A stretch of DNA of 63,132 bases, filler included, from Rhabdomonas costata (GCA_019059605.1; 54 parts of 54 records of this genome joined end to end with filler, not necessarily neighbours in it); one strand, 5' to 3'; positions 47,781 through 60,997 are shown, numbered from the whole stretch's first letter. The notes: generated by a model from the letters alone, not told the origin. Numbers and translations are program-made.

Positions 47781-50700
47781 GTTGAAAAAGCTCCTTATGT
47801 ACGGCAGGCAAGAAAAAAATGCGTATGAAGCGTTTTCACGCAGCCCGTTGCAGCTTGGCTGTTTCAACTCAGCCGATGCTAACATCTCCTGTTGCATTAC
47901 CCCCAAAACNNNNNNNNNNNNNNNNNNNNNNNNNNNNNNNNNNNNNNNNNNNNTTAATTAATTAANNNNNNNNNNNNNNNNNNNNNNNNNNNNNNNNNNN
48001 NNNNNNNNNGTGTGGTGTTGAATGCTGGAGTGAGAGATTGCTTTTGGCACTTGGCTGCAAGTCCATATGATTCGATTGAATTGATATTGTTACTGATATT
48101 TCTGAGACTGAAGGTTGGAGATTCTCCCCGCTTCTCATTTACACTCGGCGAAATGAAGTTAAACTGTTTCGCTATATTAGTAATCTCTGATTTTGTACCG
48201 CTCAGCCCTAAACCCAGTGCTTGAACTGCTCTGACAAAAGTCTCAGGTTACGGTGGAGTCTACTTTGCGAAAGTCTATAACACGGGTGGGTGTTCCGCAT
48301 TCAGGGTTTAAACGGGTTTGGTAGGATTAGTAGGGTCACTCTTGCCACTTTCGGACATTGATTGGCCTGAAATTTCGCTCAGCATGCACGGAGTGAGCGC
48401 CTTCGTTGTGTGATTTTCTCAGAAAATGAGGATGTCCTGAATGCCTGGCGTGTGCTTCCGAAGTCCACCATCAACGAACTCGCCAGAGATTACCATGCGG
48501 TCCGCTTTCTGCTTTCCAGACTGACAGAATTGTTTGGGGCTGTTTGAAATGAAAGATGAATGCAAACCTTTGCTGCCGCAGGGTGTGATTTTTTTCGTGC
48601 AAGAAAATGGGAAATGAAACAATGTGCGCAGCGCGCAGTTGAATTAACAAGTGAAAAATCTGCTAAAGTCAAGAAGTGTTCGCGTTTTGCCACAAAACCC
48701 ACGCGTCCAAAAGTGGGTGAAATCGCGGTGTGCACAGCGTATTTTTCAGCTGAATAAACCCATGGACATACTGTGCCATTCATATTGTCCCCCCCCCCCA
48801 AAAAAATGATGTCTAGTGGATGTCTTTGTCATATGGCTCACGGTTTTGGCTGGTGGTCTTTTGGTGGGAGAGATTTATTATCACACGGCTGAAGGCCATT
48901 CCGCGGCGTGTCCGGGTTTTCGGGGTTTTTTGTTTTGCGGGTTGGTTGGGGCTTTACCTCTTTGGCCCAAGCATCCCAAATGTTGGGCAAGTTGGAGCGT
49001 TGGAGAGTGCCTCCCACGGCCATAGTTTCTTACCATTGTTAGCCGTGTTGTCCACACCCCACCCCACCCACACCCACCACNNNNNNNNNNNNNNNNNNNN
49101 NNNNNNNNNNNNNNNNNNNNNNNNTTAATTAATTAANNNNNNNNNNNNNNNNNNNNNNNNNNNNNNNNNNNNNNNNNNNNGTGACGGTGACGGTAGCAGC
49201 ATCGATGTGTCTAATTCTTGTGGGGTTGATTGTGTTTCGTGTTTGATGTTTGGGTTAATAGTGCGTCTGGTGTCAGGGTTGCTGATGAGTTGACTTCTGG
49301 TGTGCTGTGGGACGATGGGGTGTTGGTTGCTGGTGCTGGGTAATTCGGACTTCCTGTGTGCTCTGTTTGTCTTCTGTTGTGGCTATATGTGTGATCTTCT
49401 GGTGCTTATCGCGTGTTTTCAGTTGAAATTCATTCCTCCTATGGAGAAGTGTAAACCTTAAGAAGTCCTGCATCTAGAACATACCGTACTGCTGCCTTCA
49501 GCTAGTAGTGATCCGATAGCAACAATCTTTGTACAAAGGCTACCTGACATGTAATGACGGAAGTACATGTATGAGCGGTGACGCAATCACTCACCTTTAC
49601 TCACTGAAACGCGTTGTGGCTATGTCTAATCAGCCTCTATGAGTGAGATTGATGATTTCGATTGCAACACTATTAGAGAAAGTGTACACTGTCACAACTT
49701 ATGCACGCAAATACAGCTATGTCGACACCTCACACAGCAGGCATCACAGGTGGGGTGGGAGTTGAAGTCGTGCGCCATGACCACCATACTACATAACCTA
49801 CACGTATGATGTATCATGACAAAAACACCATAGCGTGTGTGGAAATAGCGTTGTCTGTTGTGCAAAAAAAATGATGTTACGGTGTGGCCCAAACTCCCAA
49901 GTACTGATTTGAGGCAGCAGGTTAAAAGTTAATGTGAACGAACACTCACACCTATTGCTCGTACACCGTATCGTAGGACGAGTTGTTGATGTCAAGTGCA
50001 ACTGGTAAAACCACACAGATATGGAGTTTCGTTGACTCACCTACCATGGCAATAACTCTCACCCTACGAGGCACGTTGACGCTGCTCATTTGGTAACATC
50101 ATGAACAAGTGGATGAACTGCCGTAGTGGATGTCGCCGAGACCGAAATTACCGGTTAGAAACAACACCATTAACACCAGAGGTACTGTGAAGATACGATG
50201 CCTAAGGTGACTCAGTGTGATGGCTACCCTGTGGGTATGACCACCACCTCANNNNNNNNNNNNNNNNNNNNNNNNNNNNNNNNNNNNNNNNNNNNTTAAT
50301 TAATTAANNNNNNNNNNNNNNNNNNNNNNNNNNNNNNNNNNNNNNNNNNNNATGACCTTTTAGATGTGAAAACTGCCAAAGTCAGTCAGAGGCGACGCTT
50401 GCTTCCCTTGCTTCCCCCTGAGGGCTTGTTCACCCTTCCCCCATGCCCATGCGCTCTGTCTTCACTGATGACTGATGATGCCTTCTTTGTTCCGGCGGCT
50501 CTAGAAGATTGTCTCGGACACCATCTTCCTGGAGAACGATTCGATGGAGCTCAAGCTGGGGTTTTCGTTTGGGTTTGCTCAAGGCGCGAAGCTGACTGTA
50601 CTGGAGGATCGCATCGAAAGCGTGTGTGCGTGTGCGTGCGTGCGTGCGTCCGCCCCAGCAATAGGATTTTCTTCTGAGCAAACCTGTTCAATTTAGCACA

Positions 50701-51399
50701 TTGTGACAGCTAGGAGTACCACTGTGCAAAAGCTAAGCAAAGGACCCTGCGCTGATTGAGCGCCGGTAATAGGTCTATTTTGCCTTGGGTGTTTCATGTC
50801 CGCCGTGCAACATTTTGCGTCTCTGACTACTTCTGTTATCTCTTTGCCGGTAGGCGCAGCGCAATCTCGCCCAATGCCGCTAATGGCCGCTCTCATGTGC
50901 TGCCGTGCCCACAGATTCCGTTTTTCATTGGTCCATCCCTGCTTCTGCGGGCTTGCGGCCCAGGGATCTGCTTATATACGGGGGCCTTCAATGAGGCTGT
51001 GACAAACTCAGTACTTTCGCTCCGGCTCTTTCGCCCCAGCTCTTCTCCACCGCAACCTGATTAACAACGCACCGCACAAAAATAAGCACGAACAAAGGAA
51101 ATCAAAACCAAAACCTTCGTCTCAGCCTCTTCTCAATCTCTCCCGGGAAAACTCAAACTCCGACCAAAAGCCGGTCCGAATATATTGCAAACAACATGTT
51201 GTCAATTTTCCGCTTTCGAAGCTTTAAATTCAGCCACTTGCCACATTCCTCTCACAATGCTCGGGTTTTACAAATTTCTTCTGGCCTCAAGGACACTCTC
51301 TTGTGAAAAACCAAGTTTCCACGCAACCGCGTTTCAAATTTCAATTTCTGCTCTTTAGCAAACAATTCTTCGAAACCAAAGCCTTGCAGTGCTTTCTTC

Positions 51400-51422
51400 C
51401 ACACACACACACACACACACAC
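51400..51422 (+). repeat. (CA)n microsatellite at contig end
   Basis: About 11 units. Confidence 0.95.
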
Positions 51423-51522
51423 NNNNNNNNNNNNNNNNNNNNNNNNNNNNNNNNNNNNNNNNNNNNTTAATTAATTAANNNNNNNNNNNNNNNNNNNNNN
51501 NNNNNNNNNNNNNNNNNNNNNN

Positions 51523-52414
51523 TGTGGGGTGTATGTCTCCACTCCTCTAGAGTTTCCATCCGTGTCAACATCTCTTTCTCGTGAACTGTGTAATTCCCCT
51601 CGGCACTTGACAAATTCCTCAACCTACATTCATCAAGTCCGCTAATGGCGCTGCTACTGTGGCGTAATCTGGGACAAACCTCTTGTAAAACACACAGAGC
51701 CCTATAAAGCTCTTCATATCCACTGGGGTTTTCAACTTCGGCCACTTGTACACAGCCATCAACTTCATCGGCTGCGGCCTGATGCCATTCCTCCCCAAAA
51801 TGAGTCGCAGTATTCCACTTCCGGATGCGCGAAAACGCACTTCTCCTGATTGGCAAACAACGTTTCTCTGTCCAGTCTCTCGCACAACACCCGCAACGCT
51901 TTGACATTGTCTTCCAGTGTATCCGTGTGCACAAGGATGTATTCGACACACGCTCCTGTTGTGCTCTTGAAGTCTTCCAAAAGAAAGTCCATCGTCCTCT
52001 GAAACGTCGCTGGCACATCCCTAACGGCATTACAAGAAACTGAAACAACCCATACTTTGTCTTGAACGTAGTCCTCTCCACATGCTCGGTATGAATCCCA
52101 ATCTGATGAAACCACGAATGCAAATCTAAGTTCAAAAACCACTTCGATTTCCCAGCGTAATCGATTATCCCGTCAACAATAGGAATATGATACGAGTCTG
52201 CAACGGTAAATGCATTCAGCTGACGTTAGTACAGACACAATCTCAACTTACCATTCACATTTGTAACAAACAACACTCCTAATCCATACGGAGATGTAGC
52301 TGGATCTACAAAACCCAAATCTTGCAAGCACTTCAACTGCTTCCTTAACTCCTCACCTTCCGCAGGAGACATCCTATACAACCACTGCGCTGGTACCCTA
52401 ATGTCACGCTTCAC
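51523..52414 (-). mobile_element. Ty3/Gypsy LTR retrotransposon pol pseudogene (RT plus part of RNase H)
   Basis: YRMSPAEGEELRKQL...SPYGLGVLFV...GKLRLC; LDLHSWFHQI...TTFKTKYGLFQFLVMPLG; NYTVHEKEML. Several frameshifts, YxDD lost, internal deletion before RNase H. Confidence 0.95.
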
Positions 52415-53963
52415 CTTAGGACAACCTCTGGAAAATTCCTGACCGCTTCAACGCTCCTCGTTGCTGTCACACCTTGAGAAACGGATGAACTACATGACTT
52501 TGCAACGACTTTGTCTGGTCCTCCAACTGCTCCTCCACACCAACTTCACTGGAATTCCTGCCATGTGGCACCGCTCTCTGCAACTCCAAACAANNNNNNN
52601 NNNNNNNNNNNNNNNNNNNNNNNNNNNNNNNNNNNNNTTAATTAATTAANNNNNNNNNNNNNNNNNNNNNNNNNNNNNNNNNNNNNNNNNNNNGGTTGGG
52701 GGGGACCATGTTCTGCAAGTTGTGGAGCCCCCTCCCGATGCCCCGTTGTACCCCATTCCTGGCCTTCGGCGAGGAGTCAGCTCCGTTCTTCGTGAGGCAT
52801 CGGACAACCCTCGACCCGGGTCAGTGGACCACCCCCACCTGGGCCTCGAGGAGTTGACCCGGCATGCCAGAGCACCTGCGGCTCAACCGGCGCCCGTTCA
52901 GAGCCTGGTGACATTGTGGCTGCGGCAGACGGATCTCCCACGAGAGCAGGAACTGGACCCGCCAGAGCCGGCACAGACAGCTGGTCCTGGTCCCGCCAGA
53001 CTTCCTGCTGAGGCCCAGGTTCGAGCAGTATATCTCAGGCATGTGGCCGACCATCCGCAAGGGTGCTTTCCGGCCCGGTTGAATGTGCTCAACCCCCTAC
53101 ACTGGCTGCGAGTGTTGCGACAGCGGCGCCAGAGGGCACGTGGGCAGGCCGCTAGGATCCCGGAGTCCCGATAAGAAGGTCACTGGTAGTTTTTGTTCGA
53201 ACTTTGCTTACCAGCGGGTGGGTGACTGGTGCAGTTTGGCTGCTGCCCATCTTTGAGCTTAATCGCACACAAACAGAGGACCACCTCGCACTCTCTTTCC
53301 TTTTTTTCTTTGTGTGTGTGTGCATGTGTGTGTGCGTGCGAATGCAGAAATGTTGGTCAGCGGCGGTCTCGTCGACCGAATGGTGATCAAAAGCCCGCAG
53401 GTAGATTTGTGTGCGCGTGCCGCGCACGGTATTTGCCAATCTCCCTGCTGAAAACCGAAGTTGAAATCTGCCGGCTTCGAGACCCCCAATTGAAACTTCC
53501 GTTCGTTCATTCGGGCATAAGTATTTGCGTTGCGGTTTTGTGTGCTTCATTCGCTGTTTCGGCGACGATCCGTGTTCCGGTATAGCACCCCATCGAACTC
53601 CACGCCTGCCCGATGGCGTTTTTGTACAGCTTTCCTTTTGTACAGGTTGACTTTTGTGCTTGCAAGGCTTTGCCGACAACATTTGTGTGGTTTGAAAGTT
53701 GTAGACTCGCTTTGCTGTGGATCAGTGTGGGTAATTGCTCGTTTGGGAAATCGTGGGATCCTCCNNNNNNNNNNNNNNNNNNNNNNNNNNNNNNNNNNNN
53801 NNNNNNNNTTAATTAATTAANNNNNNNNNNNNNNNNNNNNNNNNNNNNNNNNNNNNNNNNNNNNGGGTGGGTGTGGACGCGCGTTCTGTGTGTGTCTGTG
53901 TGGCACTCAGTTGAGAAACGCATCTCTGAAAAACAGAGCACAAAAAACAAATCCAGGGCACAC

Positions 53964-54789
53964 CCGTCCTGCACATCGGCGTACAGCGACAGGTTCATTC
54001 GGTGCATCCATGGACTCATGGCCACGATGCTGAAGACCTGCTCCTGGAAAACCTCCACCGCCGCAGAGGACTGGCTCGCCGCCTTGCCACTCCCATGAAG
54101 TACCCCACTTGCATTAATGTGGGTCTTCATTAGGCCGACGGCCGTCTCCCCGCGGTCCACAAAGACCTGCAGCGAGGCCTCGACAGACTGCATCAGGGAG
54201 TCTTTGAGCTGCGTCGAAACTCCCTGTGCGCAGAAAGTAAATAGCTTCACACCATTTTTTCTTCCATCTCCTTTGCCTCACCAATTGAATCCATTCGGCT
54301 TCAAAGCTCTGTGCAGCACATAAGGTGGTGAGCACTTCGAGAGTACATATGTGATATGATAACACGCCGGAAATTGCGGAAGTCACCCTCATTGTGTTGG
54401 AGTTGTGAGGAACCCTCACCGAAGCCCAAAAAGAAAGCAGGGTAAACAACCTTCATCGAAGACGTGGCCAAGTCTTGCACCCCGCTCAGCGCTTCCTGGC
54501 CAGTCCGCCATGACCCCATCCACAGCCCCACCGCAGGGCCAATGGCGAACAAGCACAGGACCGCTACCAACAGCGCCCTCAGCGGCACCGTAAACCCATG
54601 AAGCTTGTAATCCAGTCTCGTCTCAGCTTCCCACTTCTCCGTCGGGCTCGCAGGGGCTGCGGATGGGTATCCGTCGATAGCCGAAGGATCTTCCTCCCGG
54701 TATCGCAGGGAGGCACCCGTGGAAGGAGAAAGGACCATGCTCGAGAGCCTGAGCGTCGACTGGGGCATCAAGCCACTGGAGCTGGACAT
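53964..54789 (-). CDS. N-terminus of a membrane receptor (exons 54789-54451, 54223-53964)
   Basis: Ser-rich start, TM helix VPLRALLVAVLCLFAIGPAVGLW, then an extracellular helical region; GT-AG in phase. Confidence 0.75.
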
Positions 54790-55181
54790 TGGCACACCCA
54801 CCCAAGCATACGAGGAAAGGGCCGAAAAGAAAAAAATGAGCGGATCAAAAACACAGCACTGGACAAAGGGGAGCGGGCAAGACGAGGCTGTATTTTTCGA
54901 ACACATTTCGGGGGTCTTCCCGTTCTGCCCACACANNNNNNNNNNNNNNNNNNNNNNNNNNNNNNNNNNNNNNNNNNNNTTAATTAATTAANNNNNNNNN
55001 NNNNNNNNNNNNNNNNNNNNNNNNNNNNNNNNNNNGTGTGGGATCAACCACTGGGGAGTTTTTAATTGCAGAGGGAATTGGGATAAGGGAAACAGCAAAA
55101 TAGCAGTACCGCGTTCGATTCCTCTTCGATGATGTGGCTGGAGTCTTGTGCGAGGCAGCCAATCGGATTCTTTCGAACGAC

Positions 55182-55975
55182 CGCTTCCCTGGATTTCGTC
55201 TTGAATCTTTTGTTTCAGTCGTACTAAAAGTCCGGCCAAAGAACTACAAGCGGCTAAGGAACAACAAGAACTCGGACACAAAAGCGCGTACTAAAGGCTT
55301 GGCTGAGGAGGGTGACATGCACTGGGACACCCGGTAGAGAACGTGGGCCACCAACACTCATAAATGGTGTCATTGCTCAGCTTGCTGAACTCCAAACTGC
55401 AAACACTTCCAAAACATAACGGCAAGAAAAAGAATTAAAAATTGCGAAGGCACCTCCTGAACAGAGCCCTTTGATGCGGATCACGCCTATGGTGGCCTGC
55501 TTTGACTGCAGCAAGCGCGGCTCAGTAATGGAAGCAGCCTCCGGAACCATGTCGTGGGCAAATACAGGAAGAGGTTCACGTGATGATGCTTCCCTTTTTG
55601 CGGCAGCCTCAACCTGCTCGCCGAGGGAAAAAACGGACTCGTCCGCTCGCTCGTAGAGTCGAAGACGGGTGGCAGGTCTGGGAATGCCTTGCTCTGAGCA
55701 GGAGACTGAAAACACTGGCGCCGTGAGGCGAACGGCTTCAGCGTCGACTTCAAAAAAATCCTCGCTGCAAAACACTGCAGGGGGAATGAAAGGCTTCCAC
55801 TCCTGCATCCGCCGCACCATCGTGTACAGCCCCTTCTGCAGCGCAGGGGCGTCCGCTGGGGGCGCGGAAATCGAGTCAAGGTCAAACCGCAGCATCTTCC
55901 GCGTCACCAGCTCCACCTGCTGCTGCAGCACCTCATGCTCTTTCATTCGGGTCTCCAGGGCTCGGAGTATATAGC
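55182..55975 (-). CDS. Receptor adenylate/guanylate cyclase-like cytoplasmic region (exons 55975-55454, 55253-55182)
   Basis: HAMP-like KMLRFDLD...LQKGLYTMVRRMQEWKPFIPPAVF pre-cyclase motif, then KQATIGVIRIKGL (cyclase beta-1-like, lacking the catalytic Asp). Confidence 0.7.
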
Positions 55976-56713
55976 CTACCATGACGGAAAAGATACGGGC
56001 AAATAGCGTGCTTCAATGCTCATCAGACGATCCGACCCGGGTGGACCTCGCAAACGCGGCTAGCAAAGAATCAGACAGCACAGGTGCACAAAAAGTCAAA
56101 CCACAANNNNNNNNNNNNNNNNNNNNNNNNNNNNNNNNNNNNNNNNNNNNTTAATTAATTAANNNNNNNNNNNNNNNNNNNNNNNNNNNNNNNNNNNNNN
56201 NNNNNNGGTGTTGTGGAAATGGTACCAGTAGGTGTGCAGGTGGAACTGGTGTGCATGGCCGTGTTTTCAGCCGGTCGTGGTGGCCGATCATGGCTCTGGT
56301 TGGTTACGGCGCCACATGTTGAATCTTGGTCACACATGGTTAGTCCACGCTTCGCTCCATTTCTGCAACCGTGCCCTGTATCAACAGTGATGTCTCAGTT
56401 TGTACACAATCAGAAGGTTAGCCGGTGTCATGGTGGTCCAGGCAGCATGTGGCCATCGTGTGGCGGTCCAACGTTGGGGCATGGTTATTCAGTTAGTATG
56501 TCATCACGTGGTGGCTATGTGTGATGTTCCAAGAGGGGTTTGCGTTATAAAATCTTTAACAAAGCTCGGACACACCCATCGACGCAATATGAAACATTCC
56601 ATCTCATAGGATCTTACAAATACCTCAAACGCACACCCTATCTCGCCGTATATGTGTAGGTCACATTACGCGCGAAACACAAACGTAGTGGCTTGGTTAC
56701 ACTATCAATGTTG

Positions 56714-56988
56714 TATGGCCCGTTTCATCTCAAAAGTGAGAGTTTCCGACACAAACATCAAACTGTCAGCAAAAACGTTGGCAATTATTACAAAGCAGGG
56801 GCACCCAAGTTACCCACCCAAATTCATCAGGAAACACTCCCAGGCGCATTTCATCCAGTCAATATGGGTGAAAATCGAAAATTTCCACACCTACACCCAC
56901 ACAAACCCCCAAACCTCCGTACGTACGAAATGTCTTCTTTTTTGGAAACGTTTTTCCACCTCTCAGTTTTGAGGTGAAAAGGGCAATA
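56714..56988 (+). mobile_element. Complete ~275-bp MITE with 29-bp imperfect TIRs, bounded by TA
   Basis: Left tatggcccgtttcatctcaaaagtgagag; right end reverse-complements to tattgcccttttcacctcaaaactgagag (25/29); related copies on two other contigs. Confidence 0.8.
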
Positions 56989-57634
56989 GGGCAAAGGGTG
57001 TTTTGTATCATGGTATGGGTGGTGGCGCGGTTGGGCATGGTATCATGGCATCACCTTACAAAGTGTGTTTGACCATGATGCTGTGTTGTGCTATGTGCCA
57101 TGTTGTGGCATAACATCATTTTTGCTATTTGTAACCAGTGGTTTGGTGTTTTTTGCATCACCGCATCAACTCAAGCGTGTTGGTAGTGGTGGTGTGTTTC
57201 GAGGTGGCTCTGGTTGGATGTTGTGTCGTGGAAGTGGTGGTCATTAGATGCCTTAAGGTTTCACCGACTCTATGTAAANNNNNNNNNNNNNNNNNNNNNN
57301 NNNNNNNNNNNNNNNNNNNNNNTTAATTAATTAANNNNNNNNNNNNNNNNNNNNNNNNNNNNNNNNNNNNNNNNNNNNGGGTTTTGTTCCGCCAGGGAGG
57401 AAAGCAGGAATGCACACTCGTCTCATAACCAGAGACCCCGAGGACAGGTCATGGTACAGCACAAAGTGGTGCCGTGGTGCAGTAGTGTGCAGAAACGTGT
57501 TTGTGGGGTGGGGTTGGAGAGGGTTCCGGAACACAAAGGACAGTTTGTAATGTGATTTGTGAGGAGAGGCAAGGTGAAAGCGGCGAAACATCAGTTTTCC
57601 TATTTGTCTGCCTGTCTGCTTGTCCGTCACCCAG

Positions 57635-58142
57635 ATCGTGGACTTTGGGATGGCGAAGTTTATCGGCGACCCCCTCAACCCCGAAGGACCGTCCTGCCCG
57701 TATACTCCTCGGAGTAGGACCACGGAGAAGTGGGCCTGGCTACAAGAGTTCGCTCATCCCACCACCATCACCAATTTCTTTTCCCCTACTGATCGTGGCT
57801 TGGGGTTGGAACGGTATCTGAACTGACACTGCTCCAGAGGAGGAAATAAATTCCCGCCCTGTGTTGCACTTGCTTTTCGCACAAGGGCAAAGGTGAGAGA
57901 TTCGGTCCCATTGTGTCATTGTGGTGCGCGTAGTGGTGTTGCAGTTGCTGTTGCAGTATGCAGTAGTGTTAACTTTAACAGGCGTTGGGGAGGGCGTTCT
58001 CTTGATGTTTGCGCGCAGCTTGGGTGAGTCCTCACTTGTCCCCGACACTCCCGTGGGCACGTTCCGGTTCTGCGACCTTCAGCCCCTGCGTCCGCTGGAC
58101 AGCGCCAAGACCCGCCTGACGACCCGGGCGGACATCCGAAAG
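57635..58142 (+). CDS. Ser/Thr protein kinase (CAMK-like), subdomains VII-VIII (exons 57635-57813, 58019-58142)
   Basis: IVDFGMAKF...long insert...TPVGTFRFCDLQ...LTTRADIRK; GT-AG in phase. Confidence 0.8.
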
Positions 58143-59466
58143 GTGTTCCCTCACCTGGACGAATTACAAGAAAGCGAGGAAGCAACCGTCTATATTGCGT
58201 TGAATGGAGTCTGGAGCACCAATAAGAGAGAGTGACTGTGCGAAACAAATAATCGTATTGAGCCGGTGACCCGCCATTCACGCGTCATTCGTGTTTGTTA
58301 ATCTGCAAGTGCACTGTGACCAGCAATGTTCCGCCCGCGCGGCCTGCAAGGTGGAACCTTTTGGTTCTTTCCGTTGATTTCTCCGTGTTCGGCGTTCTAC
58401 CATTCGGGAGTGCAGTGAATTACACGCCTCCTGCCCTTCGCAAGGCATTNNNNNNNNNNNNNNNNNNNNNNNNNNNNNNNNNNNNNNNNNNNNTTAATTA
58501 ATTAANNNNNNNNNNNNNNNNNNNNNNNNNNNNNNNNNNNNNNNNNNNNTGTGGGTGGTGTGTGTATTTGCTTCAGGCAACCCGCTACAGAGTGGTCGCT
58601 TTCCCCTTTCTCCTTCCCATGGCTTACTTGTAGTCGTAGTGCATCTCTATCTCTCACAGGTATTAGTGCTAGTCACGTTCACGTTTTTGGGGGTCATTGT
58701 GATTAGTGACATTCACCGTATCCCGTTGCTGCCATCATCGTGAATTGTAGTCATAACGCTTGACGATCGTGATGGCCACTCGTGTGCAGCTGTCTTGCCT
58801 GTGGTGCACACCAGCCATGTTCTAGGACTTCAATTGGAACTTCGTAAGATACTAAACTCTGAGTTTCGGGATGTAATTTACCTGAGGTGTTTTTTAATGC
58901 CGAGCTCAATTTTGTGCGACATATGGTCTGAAGGAGAGTCTGAGGGTTGTAAATAGCGGTGACTGACCGCCCGGGGACCAGCCTGTGATGCCACATAGGT
59001 ACATAATCTGACAATGTTGACATGTTGACGCATGCATACGATACGTTTTAAACGTTTTATCGTTACTGAGGCTAAAAAGCACATGTTCTGAGTTTACGGT
59101 GTGAGGTAATGGGCATCAAACGGTTCCCCGCAAAATGCAATCCGAGGGCACCTCTGCGAAGGGCTTCTCAACGGCATAGCACGCCAGTGGACCTTCACGG
59201 CAACACCCTGTCTCTTTCTGTGCCGAGGCTTCAGCACCTTCCTCTCTGTGCTACATGGGAGGGAGGATAGGATTGGAACTCACAAGCCCAGATCCGAATG
59301 GAAGCGGTTGATCCGGCAGGCCATTCGGCTTCCGTTCGGCTTCCAAAAAAACAAGTCCGGGCTTCGTTTTGTGGAGAAAAAGTAGAAAGGCTTCTATGCG
59401 AGGGGCTTCAAACGAAAGTCGAACACGGTCCGTCCTCCACCGTTCCCGGTTTTCCCGTGCCAAAAG

Positions 59467-59596
59467 GCTTGAGCGGGCGCAGCAGCTGCTGCGGATCGTT
59501 GAGCTGGACACGGTGACCTTCGAGCTTGCCGACATTACCCCGCAGTCCGAGTATGACATGTACACCACCAGCTACGGCGCCACTTCCGCGGCTCAG
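59467..59596 (+). CDS. WDR60: Dynein-2 intermediate chain WDR60/DYNC2I1 (FAP163) exon
   Basis: RAQQLLRIVELDTVTFELADITPQSEYDMYTTSYGATSAAQ matches the WDR60 LL.LI.LD..F.L.DLPP..EYDMY...FG motif. Confidence 0.85.
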
Positions 59597-59734
59597 GTCC
59601 CTTCCTCCCACACACCACCCNNNNNNNNNNNNNNNNNNNNNNNNNNNNNNNNNNNNNNNNNNNNTTAATTAATTAANNNNNNNNNNNNNNNNNNNNNNNN
59701 NNNNNNNNNNNNNNNNNNNNGGCGCTGACCGCAG

Positions 59735-59841
59735 GTGAGGTGGACACTATTAAGGTGCCAAAAAAGCTCGCCATCCCGAACCTCGAGCGGCGGACTGGGC
59801 GCACTGTGGGAACGGGCAGTGATGGGGTAGCCGGGCCCCAG
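59735..59841 (+). CDS. Internal exon, unknown protein
   Basis: GCAG|...CAG|GTTCTG; EVDTIKVPKKLAIPNLERRTGRTVGTGSDGVAGPQ. Confidence 0.45.
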
Positions 59842-60270
59842 GTTCTGTTCAGGTGTTTTCTCTCCTACGAACTCGGAATTCTGGGCACGAACAGAAGTTC
59901 TCGAACGACCAGATTCATTCCAAGGGTGCGCAAACCAAATGAACGGACTTGTCGTTCGTGACCGGGCAAGTTGGGCAGCTGCACCCAATAGCCCCCTCCC
60001 CGCCGCCATTCGCGTTGCTTTTATGCAAAGCATTTACGCTTCGTTTATGCTAAGCATTAATGCATCCGGAAGCATTTTTTCAAGACAGAAATGACCACGG
60101 CACTTCTGCAACATGGGTCAGCACTGAAATTACAGCACAAACAAAACAGAACTGCCACACACAGAAGAAGGAAGAGCAAAAGTTTTCCTTTCGAAATGGC
60201 GTGCGGCGTCTCCCTCGGGTCGTTCTTTTCTTTTCTTTTGATTCGCCCACTATTTACACCCCCACTATTA

Positions 60271-60317
60271 ATTATTATTTACAATTATTTACAATTATTT
60301 ACAATTGCTATTTACAG
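60271..60317 (+). repeat. 10-bp tandem repeat (ATTATTTACA) x ~4
   Basis: Read directly. Confidence 0.85.
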
Positions 60318-60891
60318 CATTTAACAAGCATTTTCAGTTTCATAAAGAAAGCACTTATGTCCGGTACAACTGTCACTCTGGGCTGGCCAGCTGGAAGCTT
60401 CGGGTAACGGGTAAAGTTTTCAAAAACAATTTGAATCATACTTTAACTGTTGCCATTTGTTGGGGAGCCACTTGAAGCGCCATTTCGCTTCGGTTCAAAA
60501 CGTATGAATTGTCACAAGACGGAAAATAACGGAGAAAATTTCAGACCCTAAAAAACACGATAATGTTGCAGCTCTTAACTCCAAAGACAATTATATTTCC
60601 TACAAATCTTTTTTATGTTCTTTCATATAAAATTTTTCTGCCGGGACAACGGAACTGCAGTGGAGTATGGTGCCCCATTCATCTCCCCTCTTGTTTGTGC
60701 AACCGCATGAGATGAATTGAAAGTGTTTTCAAAAGCAAATTATGAATAAATATACATTTTTGTTGAGCCCCTTCTTCGAAGGGAAGGAAGGNNNNNNNNN
60801 NNNNNNNNNNNNNNNNNNNNNNNNNNNNNNNNNNNTTAATTAATTAANNNNNNNNNNNNNNNNNNNNNNNNNNNNNNNNNNNNNNNNNNNN

Positions 60892-60997
60892 CACGGGGTG
60901 GTTTACCGAGGAGGGCCTCACTGAGGACCTCGCCGGGCTTACCGCGGCAGAGGTGCGAGGGGTGTTCGAATGGAAGACCTTCTATGACACCCACCGA
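60892..60997 (+). CDS. Neuferricin/CYB5D2-like MAPR cytochrome b5 heme-binding domain exon
   Basis: TGWFTEEGLTEDLAGLTAAEVRGVFEWKTFYDTHR matches the TG.F.E.GL.DD...L...E....W..FY motif; not in the ORF track. Confidence 0.85.

Noticed and set aside
7031-52414. Stop-codon reassignment
   Set aside because: In-frame stops occur only in frameshifted TE relics; conserved host exons have none, and the terminal exons seen end in TGA.
52722-53174. 150-aa plus-strand ORF as a gene
   Set aside because: GC-rich region open in several frames on both strands, no motif, and a competing minus-strand MGSSQT start; the frame cannot be chosen.
58751-59023. Retroviral-type integrase relic (LGIKKHL / LHPETQ)
   Set aside because: Two short motifs in different frames; too weak without a search.
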